This document shows positions 17,303-26,801 of a stretch of DNA of 64,000 nucleotides, piece by piece (the stretch's first letter is position 1; every line of letters begins with the position of its first letter). A program made the position numbers and the translations under genes. Below the pieces are notes generated by a model. The model searched no databases. It was not told the DNA's origin and saw only the letters and a program-made list of their open reading frames with translations. Origin of the DNA: a virus; IMG/VR virus record IMGVR_UViG_3300025013_000002, positions 1 to 64,000 of that record; one strand, 5' to 3'.

Positions 17303-18700
17303 CTAGCCCTCGATATTCGTGCTTGTTTTGTCATCCCGCAGCCGCAGCCACACAGGGAACCTCAACGAGCCATCAGCCGTAACTTCCTGGCCTGAGACCT
17401 CGCCTATTAAACCTACGAGGCGCCCACACAAATGCTCCACCCACATTTCGTAGCGTTGAGCGTCATCAAATCCAGTTCCGCAGTCAGTCTTGATAGTCCC
17501 GCAGTCCGACGCCATTTTGACGCCGCCGAGCATTCCTTGGTACTTGCCCTCGCCTTCGTAGGCTCCTACGATTCTCAGGTCTAGGGTGAAAAACTCCTTG
17601 ACCTTGAGCCACCGCCTTGACCTTCCGAAGTCGTAAGGCCCTTCCATCTCCTTGACAATTAATCCCTCGCCAGGGCCACACGAATACTCCACCTCCTTCC
17701 CCTTGGAATTCAGAACTGAATACTTCTCGCCGCCTTTCGTCCTAACGCGGTGGAAAAGCTCCTTCAATTCTGCTTCGTTATTCGCGATAGCGTTCGGCAG
17801 CAGGATCAGGTTGTTGAAGGGCTGCTCCTGGCGCTCGAAGAGGGAGGACAGTTCGAGCTTTCTGTCTGAAAGAGGCGCCGACTTCTTCTGCTCAAAGAAG
17901 GTTTCGACGGGCAACAAATCCCAGCAAAAAAATCCAAGGTACTCCCTCACTTCGGCAGCAGTCGTGGCTTCGTTCTTGAGCAGAGCTTTGCCTCCCTCGT
18001 ACACCCAGTTCCCGTCCTTGCACTTCAAGAAAGTTTTGTTGTCCGGATTGAACCTCTTCGCGAGAATTTCCCCGTCGAGAACAAAATCCGTTCCGGGTCT
18101 CAACTTCAGGATCTCCGCAGCGATCACTCCGCGCTCATCGAATTCATGCCCTTCCCTACTAAAAAACGTCACCTTCTCGTCTTTGCAGACCGCGATACAG
18201 CGAAGGCCGTCGAGCTTCTCTTCTACTAAAACGGGATACTTCAACGTAGGCCAGAGATTCTTCGGCGTCTTGCCTCCTTTGTAGATCGGCTGGGCGAGCA
18301 TCACGTCGAACGTCGGAATCAATTTGGGAAACGCGGCATTGATCGTGGATTCATCAATACCCGCTTTCAGATCCCTCGTGACAATCCGCGAAACCCACAT
18401 CGCCCCGGTTTCGGTACATTTTTTCATCAGATTTCTGATCATATTCTTCGCAGCAGTCGATCCGGTTTCATGCTTCGCAAGTAGAAGGAGAAGCTCCTCC
18501 AGATCCTGCGTGATGTCAGGCTGAACCTCGTTGTAGGACGAGGGGAACTCGATCTGCTTGATTCGGTAGGTGATGAACTTATTGTAGGTCAAGCTCAAGA
18601 GCTTCCTGAGATTCGGAGAATCGTTCCTTTTTAAAATCTCAATCTTCTCGTTTCTTGAAGCAGTTTCTTGGATTTGCTGAAAAACTTCGAACTCTTTCAA
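17303..18700 (-). CDS. lig: ATP-dependent DNA ligase
   Basis: EEKLDGLR (motif I), VLDGEI, FFCWD, EGLIVK, WLKVK, CGTGF, SLRFPVW.RLRDDK. Confidence 0.95.
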   Translation of the reverse strand: MKEFEVFQQIQETASRNEKIEILKRNDSPNLRKLLSLTYNKFITYRIKQIEFPSSYNEVQPDITQDLEELLLLLAKHETGSTAAKNMIRNLMKKCTETGAMWVSRIVTRDLKAGIDESTINAAFPKLIPTFDVMLAQPIYKGGKTPKNLWPTLKYPVLVEEKLDGLRCIAVCKDEKVTFFSREGHEFDERGVIAAEILKLRPGTDFVLDGEILAKRFNPDNKTFLKCKDGNWVYEGGKALLKNEATTAAEVREYLGFFCWDLLPVETFFEQKKSAPLSDRKLELSSLFERQEQPFNNLILLPNAIANNEAELKELFHRVRTKGGEKYSVLNSKGKEVEYSCGPGEGLIVKEMEGPYDFGRSRRWLKVKEFFTLDLRIVGAYEGEGKYQGMLGGVKMASDCGTIKTDCGTGFDDAQRYEMWVEHLCGRLVGLIGEVSGQEVTADGSLRFPVWLRLRDDKTSTNIEG

Positions 18701-18897
18701 ATTTGTTCCTCCCTCTTAACCACCGCTACCTGCTCGGGGAATTTATAGAAGATATCCTCTTCGACACTCGACTTGAGCTTGACCTTGTGAGGGGTAATCC
18801 CTAAAATCTCAGCCACACAAAGCGAATACAGGTAGCCATTTACGTTCGTCACCACTTGTTGCCCGACTTTCAATTCGTTTCCAACTACGTCTTTCAT
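18697..18897 (-). CDS. small SH3/KOW-like hypothetical protein
   Basis: MKDVVGNELKVGQQVV after GGAGGAG. Confidence 0.55.
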   Translation of the reverse strand: MKDVVGNELKVGQQVVTNVNGYLYSLCVAEILGITPHKVKLKSSVEEDIFYKFPEQVAVVKREEQI

Positions 18898-19070
18898 TAA
18901 AAGTTCTCCTCCATAAGCTTCCTCCTTTAGCATTCCACGATCACATCCATAATCCGCTCCCAGAACACCGCTTGTCCTGTGTAGGGGCAACAGACTGGAA
19001 GCTCGGGATTTTCGTCGTCTACGTCCAGGACGCAGAGGGCATCACAGCAATCACAGATGAACTCAGTCAT

Positions 19071-21596
19071 TTACGCTGCGTCCTCCATGTCGTCCTCAGA
19101 TTCCTCCGAGTCTTCCTCTTCGCTCTCAGCCAAAGCGACCCACTCAAGATCGAACTCCTTCAGGTCTGCCCAGGTCTTGCCTACCTCAGCGTCAGCCTTC
19201 ATCGGGAAGTCCGCAGTCAATCCCTTCGGCCACCTGCTGAGGTGCCTGACGATGAATTCGTGCGCTTCGGAGATCATTGAATCCGGGACTTCCATCTCAC
19301 ACGAATCGTGGATGACGTTGATGATTTTGAAGGGCAACCCACGCTCGTCGATCTCGGCCCACATGTTGACCAGGCTCTGGAGCATCCCGTCACTGGCTAC
19401 CGACTGGATGATAAAGTTGTTGGCTTGGCGTTCAGCCCTAGCCCGCAGCCCTTCGTCCTCGGAGTCGATGTGAGGAACCCGCCGTTTCCTTCCAGAGACT
19501 GCTACCGCGTAGCCGTGCTCCCTAGCGAACATCACATTTTCCTGAAGCATCTGGCGGATGCCGTAGTGCTTCGCGAAATATTCCGCGAGATTCTTCTGGG
19601 CCTCTTCAACGGAGATCCCAGCGTTCTTCGCAATCAAGGCAGGAGCGGCTCCATACAAAGCGGCGAATCCTAAAGTCTTGGCGATCTGGCGGTAATTGTT
19701 GTACTTCTCCTTGACCTCATGGACTTCGCAGTCGAGCTTGAAAACTTCCCGTGCCGTATTCGAGTGAGGATCGAGCCCGTTCTTGAAGCCCTCGACCATC
19801 GCAGGGTCCTTGCTGATTGCTGCGGTGATCCGCAACTCAGCGTTGGAGAGGTCGGCTACGACCAGAGAAGTTCCCTCTTCTGAGATGAAGCATTTTTTGA
19901 GCTTCTGTGCTTCCTCGGAGTGCATGGCGATGTTCTGCATGTTAGGGGCTACGCAGCTTATACGTCCGGTCTTTGGTGAGGCTACACGGAACGAGCAGTG
20001 AATCCTGCTGTCCACCGAGCGGTTGATGATTGCCAGCACGTAGGTGCTGAGCATCTTCTTTAGCCCCTCCATCTCCTTTATGACCCGCAAGGCACCAACA
20101 TCAGGGAATTGTTCGGCCCAAGCCAGGAAGCTCTCTTTGTCCGTCGAGTACTCGCCCTTCTTCGTCTTTTTTATCTGCGGGAACTTCAGCACGTCCTTGA
20201 AGAGGAACCGCTTGTGGTTCACACTGTTCACGAGGAAAACCAGAGGTTTCTTCAGTTCAGTGATCGCGTTCTTGCGCTTGGCGTTCTCCTTCTCAAGCTG
20301 GACTCGGGACAGAAGAGCAACCGCCGTCTGGATCTCAGGCAACGTCTTGAGTTCCTCACCAAGAGATTCGATCCTTTCCTCAAGCTCGGCTTTGTATCGC
20401 TCAGCTTCGGGAAGGTCCACCTTCCAGCCACACTGCTCGATCCTCGCCAGGGCGTAAGCGTAGGTGCTCACGTCCTTGAAAACCTCAACTTGCTCCTCGA
20501 TCTCCAACTGCTTGTCGAAGTAGTCCGCAAGTTGGATCGAGGCATCCACGTCCATGCAACTATAAGGGAACAGGACTTCCAGCGGGATCAAGTCGTAGGT
20601 GAAGTCGGTTTTCTTGATCTTGTGCTCTTTGCAGTACCTGGACTTGAAAAGCTCCAGCGGGGCATCGTAATCCCCGAAGCCATCCAGAAGAGTGGCCGCG
20701 CAGTACTTCAGCGAGTGAGATTCCCTGTTCTCGTCGCAGAGGAAGCTCGCAATTAAAACGTCGTAGACGTTGTGCTTGCAGAGCTTGGTCTTGTACTTGT
20801 ACGCGAGGTGCTTGAAGTCGAAGTAGATGTTGGCCCCGATCTTCATTCTGGAATCGTCGTCGATCAGGTCGTTGCACCCAGTTACGATTTCGGCCCACTC
20901 TTGCGCGGTCCAGTTCCCGTGGTAATCCGGAGTCGGAATGCAGTAGCCGTAGTTAGCCTTGTGCGAGAACTGAATCGTAAGCACTTTTCCTTGATTAAAC
21001 TGCAGCGCAGAAGTCTCAATGTCCAGTGCGTACCGGAAAACGTTCTCCTTGTAGAAGGCGTAGAAGGCCCTGAACTTTTCGATGGTGTCCACGAGCGTAT
21101 AAAATCTAGGCTCGCGTTCTTCCTCGATCAGTTCAGGGAACTGCATTTCCCTCTTAGCCAACTCCAAGCACGTCTTGATCGTCCCTACGATGTCCGGGTT
21201 GTGCTTCACCATCGAGTAGGGTGGAATCGTCAGGGCCTTCGTCTGGTACTTCTCGCACTGGATGATCCTGCCGTAGAACTTCGAGGCACCCTTCGAACCC
21301 ATGCAAAGCTCGAAGGCTTTGGCTGTAGCGAAGAGCAGGAGGTTCGGAGCGTAGGACCCAATGAACTCGTCTACGTACTCGGCCTTCTCCTTGAAACCTG
21401 CTGCCTTTCCGTCTGCGTAATCCGACAGGCAGATGACCGAAACATCTTCCAACTCGATCCCAACTTCGGTGAGGCCCTTCAACAGATCCTTCAGCCCATA
21501 CTTGTTGATAACCCCGCTGTCGATCCAGTCCTGGTGCTGTGGCTGGTCGTAGATGACCAGTACTTTATTATTTGGTGCTTTTCTTGGTGTGATCAA
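19071..21596 (-). CDS. polA: family A DNA polymerase with N-terminal UDG-like domain and 3'-5' exonuclease
   Basis: Exo motifs DIET, NIYFD, YSCMD; polymerase motifs TGRIS..PNMQN, ADLSNAELR (A), RQIAKTLGFAALYG (B), IHDS (C). Probable TTG start at 21596. Confidence 0.95.
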   Translation of the reverse strand: MITPRKAPNNKVLVIYDQPQHQDWIDSGVINKYGLKDLLKGLTEVGIELEDVSVICLSDYADGKAAGFKEKAEYVDEFIGSYAPNLLLFATAKAFELCMGSKGASKFYGRIIQCEKYQTKALTIPPYSMVKHNPDIVGTIKTCLELAKREMQFPELIEEEREPRFYTLVDTIEKFRAFYAFYKENVFRYALDIETSALQFNQGKVLTIQFSHKANYGYCIPTPDYHGNWTAQEWAEIVTGCNDLIDDDSRMKIGANIYFDFKHLAYKYKTKLCKHNVYDVLIASFLCDENRESHSLKYCAATLLDGFGDYDAPLELFKSRYCKEHKIKKTDFTYDLIPLEVLFPYSCMDVDASIQLADYFDKQLEIEEQVEVFKDVSTYAYALARIEQCGWKVDLPEAERYKAELEERIESLGEELKTLPEIQTAVALLSRVQLEKENAKRKNAITELKKPLVFLVNSVNHKRFLFKDVLKFPQIKKTKKGEYSTDKESFLAWAEQFPDVGALRVIKEMEGLKKMLSTYVLAIINRSVDSRIHCSFRVASPKTGRISCVAPNMQNIAMHSEEAQKLKKCFISEEGTSLVVADLSNAELRITAAISKDPAMVEGFKNGLDPHSNTAREVFKLDCEVHEVKEKYNNYRQIAKTLGFAALYGAAPALIAKNAGISVEEAQKNLAEYFAKHYGIRQMLQENVMFAREHGYAVAVSGRKRRVPHIDSEDEGLRARAERQANNFIIQSVASDGMLQSLVNMWAEIDERGLPFKIINVIHDSCEMEVPDSMISEAHEFIVRHLSRWPKGLTADFPMKADAEVGKTWADLKEFDLEWVALAESEEEDSEESEDDMEDAA

Positions 21597-21808
21597 ACCT
21601 CGCCATCCTCCCAGCAACTTGCGTGAACCAACTCTTTCCGACTACCAACCCGAAACCTAACCGCCACTTTCCCTGAAATAACTTCCCCTGACTTGCTTCG
21701 ATTCGAGCGACCGCCTGTGACGACCACGAGTGCCCTCACCACGGCTTTGTCCTGCTCCTTGAACGGCTGGTTACAAACCGCGCAGATGTTATGAAATCCT
21801 CCTGCCAT
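21593..21808 (-). CDS. small zinc-binding protein
   Basis: CAVC...HASC; GGAGG RBS. Confidence 0.6.
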   Translation of the reverse strand: MAGGFHNICAVCNQPFKEQDKAVVRALVVVTGGRSNRSKSGEVISGKVAVRFRVGSRKELVHASCWEDGEV

Positions 21809-21837
21809 TTCTACCTCCCATTCAGATGTGAATTTGT

Positions 21838-22134
21838 TTAGTCGCAGATAAACGTGCCGTCTTTGCGGCCCTCATCCAGGCGAGCCTGCCCTTCCACTTT
21901 GGTCTGCAAGCGAGGCCACCACAGCCCGTCCGGTACAGCCAAGCCGGTCATCATCCCAACTGGGAGAGGCACGATGAAAAGGTAATCCTCGGTGCAGTGC
22001 TCAACGGCCTCTTCCTCGGTCTCGAAGAGCCCTTCCAGCATCCAGCCGTTTACCTGCCCATCGTCTGCGATACCAGCCATGTGCTGACCCACCGCGTACA
22101 TTTTCCTGATCTCAGGATTTTCCCACCATTTCAT
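21838..22134 (-). CDS. hypothetical protein
   Basis: AAGGAG RBS, 98 aa. Confidence 0.65.
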   Translation of the reverse strand: MKWWENPEIRKMYAVGQHMAGIADDGQVNGWMLEGLFETEEEAVEHCTEDYLFIVPLPVGMMTGLAVPDGLWWPRLQTKVEGQARLDEGRKDGTFICD

Positions 22135-22144
22135 TTTCGTCTCC

Positions 22145-22438
22145 TTAGAAATCCCACGCTTTCTCTTCGATCTGAGCGCCCTTGCTCCGCAGGAACGGAA
22201 TCAGCACGTCCTTGAAGCAATTAGGGCAAATGTCTACGTTCAACTCGGTGCCCCAGCCTCCCTCCGGATAACTGGAGCCGTCCTTCTGGCGAACCGTCAC
22301 TTCTACCTCGACTTCGTTCACCTCCCAGGAAGAAGACTCCCAGTTCCCGCGCTTGGCTACCGCACCGCAGAGATCGCAGGTGGTTTCTGCTAGGTAAGTC
22401 TCAACTCCGGTTCTAGGCCGAGTTTCGTACTTCTTCAT
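22145..22438 (-). CDS. zinc-ribbon hypothetical protein
   Basis: CDLCG...DICPNCF. Confidence 0.7.
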   Translation of the reverse strand: MKKYETRPRTGVETYLAETTCDLCGAVAKRGNWESSSWEVNEVEVEVTVRQKDGSSYPEGGWGTELNVDICPNCFKDVLIPFLRSKGAQIEEKAWDF

Positions 22439-22450
22439 TTTTCGTCTCCT

Positions 22451-22780
22451 TTAGGCGTGAGCCAGCGGCTCCCAACCGAACCGGCTCATCCGCTGCAAGT
22501 ACTCCATCTTGCTCTTGTAGATTTCTAGGCTCGCATAGCAAATCGAATCCCCCAGCATTTCATCCCTGACGAACTTCAACTCGATCTTGTCCCACCAGGC
22601 GCAATCAGTTACGTCGTACTCGCAGCAAAAAACCCTCCCATCCTCCAGGAGCACGTCGATGTCCACTTCTTCAGGGCCATACGAGCAACGAAGAATTTCC
22701 ACCCCACCAAGCTCTCGGATAACCTCTTCAAGCACCGAGGAATACCTCGCACCCTCCGTTGCTTCTACGATGTCGAGCAT
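22451..22780 (-). CDS. hypothetical protein
   Basis: ATG 22780 after GGAGG. Confidence 0.6.
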   Translation of the reverse strand: MLDIVEATEGARYSSVLEEVIRELGGVEILRCSYGPEEVDIDVLLEDGRVFCCEYDVTDCAWWDKIELKFVRDEMLGDSICYASLEIYKSKMEYLQRMSRFGWEPLAHA

Positions 22781-22781
22781 T

Positions 22782-23204
22782 TTAGTTCCTCCCGAGGAAG
22801 ATGAAAGTTTGGTGCGCGTCTTTGCAGAGGGCACGGTAGAAATCTTCTACGCGAATATCCTTAAACACCAGCCAAGGCTCGTCTACGTAGATTCGGTTGA
22901 ATCTTTCAGTCGGGTAAGGAAGATTTCCTGTGGTCCAGTACACCTGTGCGGGAGTTGCTGAGTACTGAAGGGCTTGCTCGTAACCGCCCACCACAATCAG
23001 ATCCCCTGCCTTCGCTCTGTCCTTGATGCACTCGGTCTTGCCTGCACGTCGGTTAGGGTTCACATGAACCGTAGCAATATCCATCGCGTAACCCACAGGC
23101 CCTAGCACACTGAACCACTTTTCGTCCTTGAAGCGCTCCCGAAACTGCTCATTCGCCTCGACCAGCAAATCCACCGCACAACAAAATTTTTCGTAATGAT
23201 CCAA
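22782..23204 (-). CDS. small P-loop NTPase-like protein
   Basis: RRAGKT (Walker A-like) and IYVDE (Walker B-like) in only 140 aa. Confidence 0.5.
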   Translation of the reverse strand: MDHYEKFCCAVDLLVEANEQFRERFKDEKWFSVLGPVGYAMDIATVHVNPNRRAGKTECIKDRAKAGDLIVVGGYEQALQYSATPAQVYWTTGNLPYPTERFNRIYVDEPWLVFKDIRVEDFYRALCKDAHQTFIFLGRN

Positions 23205-23207
23205 TTT

Positions 23208-24236
23208 TTATCCCTCCGGTTCGTACAACTCGTTTCCACATTTCCCCTTCGCGTTGAAAGGGCATTTCCATTTTTTGCACTCGGCACCGAACTCGATCTT
23301 GAACTCCCAATTTTCGAGGAGACAGGTGGGGAGCTTGATGGTGCCTCTGCCTGCCAGAGCAAGCTCCAGCCTTTCCCTATCGAGATCCCCAAGATCGTCT
23401 CCGGATTCGTAGTACACCGACAAATCAGCCATCGTCACCTTGAACCACGGAGTCAACGCCGCGCAGATCTTCTGAGCCGCTTGGCACCCAGCTTTGTCGG
23501 GATCTGCGACGTAGCAAATCTCCTCAGCGCCAGTAGAGAGCAGCATCATGATTTTGTTAGCGCTGAAGTTATTTACGCCGAAATAACAAATTGCCGGGAA
23601 CCCCATCGAGTTGGGCTTGATCGCGTGGAACAAGCCCTCACCTAGCAGGATCATCTTCGGCTTTTGTTTCTTGACTAAATCAATTGGAAAAAGCCAATTG
23701 TGCCGACAGGTGCTGCCCTTGTTCCTTAAATAGCGAGGCTGCTCATCTCCAAGCGCCCTGGCATCAACCCCGACGAGCTTCCCGTCAACGTAAATTGGAA
23801 CTGCCAGGCGGTTCGAATACCTTCCCCTTAAAACTTTGACCGCCCCGATCTCCTGGTAGAAGGAAGCAGGAATTCCTCGGTAATCTTCGTCCCAAATTTC
23901 CCCACTCGGAAAAAATATTTCAGGAGCCTCCTCGACAACCGGAACTTCCTCAGTCTTGCTCAGCCTCGACAAAATTCCTCGTAGCCCGAGCCCAAGCTCC
24001 TGCATTTCGTCCAGTTCTTCACCGAGGAGCCATCGGTACATCCCAGCCTGATTTAGCTTAAATCCACAAGACCAGCAGTGGCCCACCTGCTTCTCCAAAT
24101 TAATCTGGAATGAGGGCCTCCCGTCGATTCCGCCTGCGTGGAGGTGCTGGTGAGGACAGGTGATTGAAATCTCCATGCCCCCTTTAGCTTCGTAGTCGAT
24201 GCCCCTACTTTCGAGCAGATCAAGGATTTCCATCAC
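23208..24236 (-). CDS. DNA primase (Zn-finger + TOPRIM)
   Basis: CP..H.....PSF...HCWSCG zinc domain; LGEGLFH, ADPDKAG, DDLGD TOPRIM motifs. Confidence 0.88.
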   Translation of the reverse strand: MMEILDLLESRGIDYEAKGGMEISITCPHQHLHAGGIDGRPSFQINLEKQVGHCWSCGFKLNQAGMYRWLLGEELDEMQELGLGLRGILSRLSKTEEVPVVEEAPEIFFPSGEIWDEDYRGIPASFYQEIGAVKVLRGRYSNRLAVPIYVDGKLVGVDARALGDEQPRYLRNKGSTCRHNWLFPIDLVKKQKPKMILLGEGLFHAIKPNSMGFPAICYFGVNNFSANKIMMLLSTGAEEICYVADPDKAGCQAAQKICAALTPWFKVTMADLSVYYESGDDLGDLDRERLELALAGRGTIKLPTCLLENWEFKIEFGAECKKWKCPFNAKGKCGNELYEPEG

Positions 24237-24424
24237 TCAGGCCGATTAAAGAGGACAAAAAGTTCCTCGGCGTCAAGCTTCTCAAGCGCCTGCTTGTCCC
24301 ATTCCCAGTCATCTTCCCCACAGAATTTTGCTAGTTGCTTTTCCTCCAGCATCGCTGCGTCGGTGGTGCTCAGCATCCCCCTTCCGATTACCGCTGCGAC
24401 CAGCATTTCCTTGATGTCGCTCAC
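24233..24424 (-). CDS. small hypothetical protein (tandem paralogue)
   Basis: Aligns by eye with 24425-24616 (IK..V..AV.G...LS..DA...E.K..A.F.....W.W.K.AL..L..E.L..L). Confidence 0.7.
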   Translation of the reverse strand: MSDIKEMLVAAVIGRGMLSTTDAAMLEEKQLAKFCGEDDWEWDKQALEKLDAEELFVLFNRPE

Positions 24425-24616
24425 CTAAACCTCCCTCATCCACAGCTCCACCAATTGCTCGGTGCTTAGCGCTCCAAGGGCTTCCTTGTTCCACTTCCAG
24501 GAAAATTTGTCGTTGAAAGTAGCGAAGCCCTTATCCTCCATCAGCCTGGCGTCCTCCACACTCAAGAACGCCTTGCCCATCACCGCGTCTAAAACGAGTT
24601 GCTTGATTTGGTTCAT
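24425..24616 (-). CDS. small hypothetical protein (tandem paralogue)
   Basis: See 24233-24424; AAGGAGG RBS preceded by motif A. Confidence 0.7.
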   Translation of the reverse strand: MNQIKQLVLDAVMGKAFLSVEDARLMEDKGFATFNDKFSWKWNKEALGALSTEQLVELWMREV

Positions 24617-24659
24617 GCGGCCTCCTTTTTAATTCACTTCTGAATTTGTTCAGCCAAAC

Positions 24660-25445
24660 CTAAGACTTCAAATACTTAACTAACTCATCGACCGTCGTAA
24701 TCATCCCCGGATCTTCCCATTTCATAGCAACCCCGTTCAATTCGAAGTACCTCTTCTTGAACTCCACAGGGTCCAAATGCGAGCAAACTAAAGTCGGCTT
24801 GCCTTCCGTCCTTCGGTGCTGGATCAGCATCTGCAAGACGGATTGAGAAAAATCGGTGGTGTACTCCGTCCCGACCATGTACAGGCAAAGCAACTCCGCT
24901 TTGTCGGCTGTGGTTGCTACGTAATTATTCTGATCCCACTTTTTGATCTCTTCGAGGAGCTTCCCGAAACTCACCATCTTCGCATCAACTCCGGACTTGA
25001 TAGCCGCTTTGATAATGTTCGAAGCCGCCTGAAGAGCTGCGGATTCAAACCCCGAGTGGAAGTAGAGGACCAGCGGCTTGTTCAGGATCTTGCCGACAGC
25101 ACCCAGAATCAAATCGTAGGCGTTCACGGTCTTGACCCCAGCGACCGGAGTTTCGTCATTCCGGATGTACGGGACTGGCACTCCGGAGGCTTTCAGCTTT
25201 TTCTCGAAAAACTCTAATTCTTGCATGAGGCTCCAAAGGTGCTGGTCGATTTTCTCAATCAAGCCAGGTAATAAAATTGGGACCTCAGTGAGGTCCCTGT
25301 AATTTTTAACTATAACCCTTAGGTAGGGCAGAGGGATTCTGAGGTGGTGCTTGAAGATTGAATGTTGATTCCATCCGAGGTAACCCAGCGGCTCGATTGG
25401 GGATTTGTTGTAGTTAGCCCCTGCCAAAGTAATTCGCCACAGCAT
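24660..25445 (-). CDS. DnaC/IstB-like AAA+ protein with degenerate Walker motifs
   Basis: C-terminal half (VSFGKLLEEIK...AELLCLYMVGTEY.TDF...LIQHR...KPTLVCSHL...F) follows the DnaC/IstB pattern; lies between helicase and primase genes. Confidence 0.55.
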   Translation of the reverse strand: MLWRITLAGANYNKSPIEPLGYLGWNQHSIFKHHLRIPLPYLRVIVKNYRDLTEVPILLPGLIEKIDQHLWSLMQELEFFEKKLKASGVPVPYIRNDETPVAGVKTVNAYDLILGAVGKILNKPLVLYFHSGFESAALQAASNIIKAAIKSGVDAKMVSFGKLLEEIKKWDQNNYVATTADKAELLCLYMVGTEYTTDFSQSVLQMLIQHRRTEGKPTLVCSHLDPVEFKKRYFELNGVAMKWEDPGMITTVDELVKYLKS

Positions 25446-25695
25446 CCTCTCGGGAGATCTCCAGCATCTTGAGGCAGTGCTTCAGGAGCTTCTCGTCAAC
25501 AACATCTTCCTTCCGGCAGAATTTGCAGGAGGATTCTGCATAGGGGTCTTCTTCGTCCTCGTCTGCCCGAACAAAACCATCCTTCTCAGCACACTCATCG
25601 GAGCACCACACGTTCCCGCAGTCGCAGCATTCAAAGTAACCGCAATCCGGGAACGTCTCGCCACACCTGACACAGGAAAAATAATCAACGCCCAT
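25414..25695 (-). CDS. Cys-rich small protein
   Basis: Four CxxC-type pairs; GGAGG RBS. Confidence 0.65.
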   Translation of the reverse strand: MGVDYFSCVRCGETFPDCGYFECCDCGNVWCSDECAEKDGFVRADEDEEDPYAESSCKFCRKEDVVDEKLLKHCLKMLEISREDAVANYFGRG

Positions 25696-26056
25696 CCCTA
25701 ACCTCCAAAATTTACTCGCATCGAAGCGAGGAAGTAATCCATCCCGAACGCGCCGACCCCGAGGCTGAGCCCCGCGATCCCATAGAGGATGCAGCAGGCG
25801 ACAATCGAAGTCCCGAGGTCGTTCATGACCTTCCCGATCTTAACCAACATATCCCCTCCGCGCTTCCAGAATGTGAGCCAATCCAGGACGAGCCACAGTC
25901 CCAGAATCTCCTACAGGAACCAAGATGCACTTCGGCATGACCCGCTTGAAGCCTTGAGCGTCCGTGATGACGCGAGACTTGTGCATCTGCCTCGCCAGCT
26001 TGATCTCGGCTTTGTCGTTGGAAAGTACTGAGAATCCGCAGTTCTTGCAAAAATAA

Positions 26057-26326
26057 CTAAACTTCATTCGAGATAACCTCCTCGACCATCCAGTCACTGA
26101 AGTAGAATTCACAGGCATCATCTTCAGCCTCAAACCAAGTGTGGACTTGAGAATCCTCGTCTTCTTCGTGTTCCCACACTTTAAACACGGCCAGTTCCAC
26201 CCCACAGAACTCCCGCATCTCATCAACAAACGAAGGTCCTCTGTTAAGGTTATGGAACTCCGAGTTCTCCTCCAGCAGTTTCTTCCAACTCTTGATCCTA
26301 ACTTTGTCTCCAGCTTTAATTTCCAC
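26057..26326 (-). CDS. SH3-like hypothetical protein
   Basis: KAGDKVRIKSW...FSDWMVE. Confidence 0.65.
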   Translation of the reverse strand: MEIKAGDKVRIKSWKKLLEENSEFHNLNRGPSFVDEMREFCGVELAVFKVWEHEEDEDSQVHTWFEAEDDACEFYFSDWMVEEVISNEV

Positions 26327-26338
26327 TTCCTGCCTCCT

Positions 26339-26560
26339 TTAAAATAAGAACCACTTTTTCTTGAAGTCCGGGCAATCCAGATTTCGGTTTTTACTCGGGT
26401 AATCCGCGACGCGCCTCAGGATCTCCTTGCCAGTTCTGGGGTCGTATCCGGTGCCTTCGAAGCAAGACAGGTGGGAGCACCTCTCGCCTCCGAAGTCCCA
26501 CTCCCCAGGAGTTACGAAGTGGCTACATCGCTTGCAGACCACCTTCTCCTTAATTTCCAT
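26339..26560 (-). CDS. Cys-rich hypothetical protein
   Basis: CKRCSHF...C...N.N.DCPDF. Confidence 0.6.
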   Translation of the reverse strand: MEIKEKVVCKRCSHFVTPGEWDFGGERCSHLSCFEGTGYDPRTGKEILRRVADYPSKNRNLDCPDFKKKWFLF

Positions 26561-26801
26561 CTCCTGCCTCCTTAAATGGCCTGAATCCTGTCAGATTCAG
26601 GGTTTGCTTGTAGATTCTTCCGGTCGAATTGCAGTCTTTGCATTCGTAGTAGGTGATCTGGTACTCGTGATGATAGTAATCCACCAACTCCCTGTGCTCG
26701 TTCCTCCCTACTCCTGAACACCTCTTACAAAGCGCAAGCTCCTCTTTGATCAAGCCCTCTAACGTCAGGTGCTTGATCGCTTCACGTAAATCCGTGATCA
26801 A
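26550..26801 (-). CDS. DnaJ-type zinc-finger-like small protein
   Basis: CKRCSGVG...CKDCNSTG. Confidence 0.6.
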   Translation of the reverse strand: MITDLREAIKHLTLEGLIKEELALCKRCSGVGRNEHRELVDYYHHEYQITYYECKDCNSTGRIYKQTLNLTGFRPFKEAGDGN

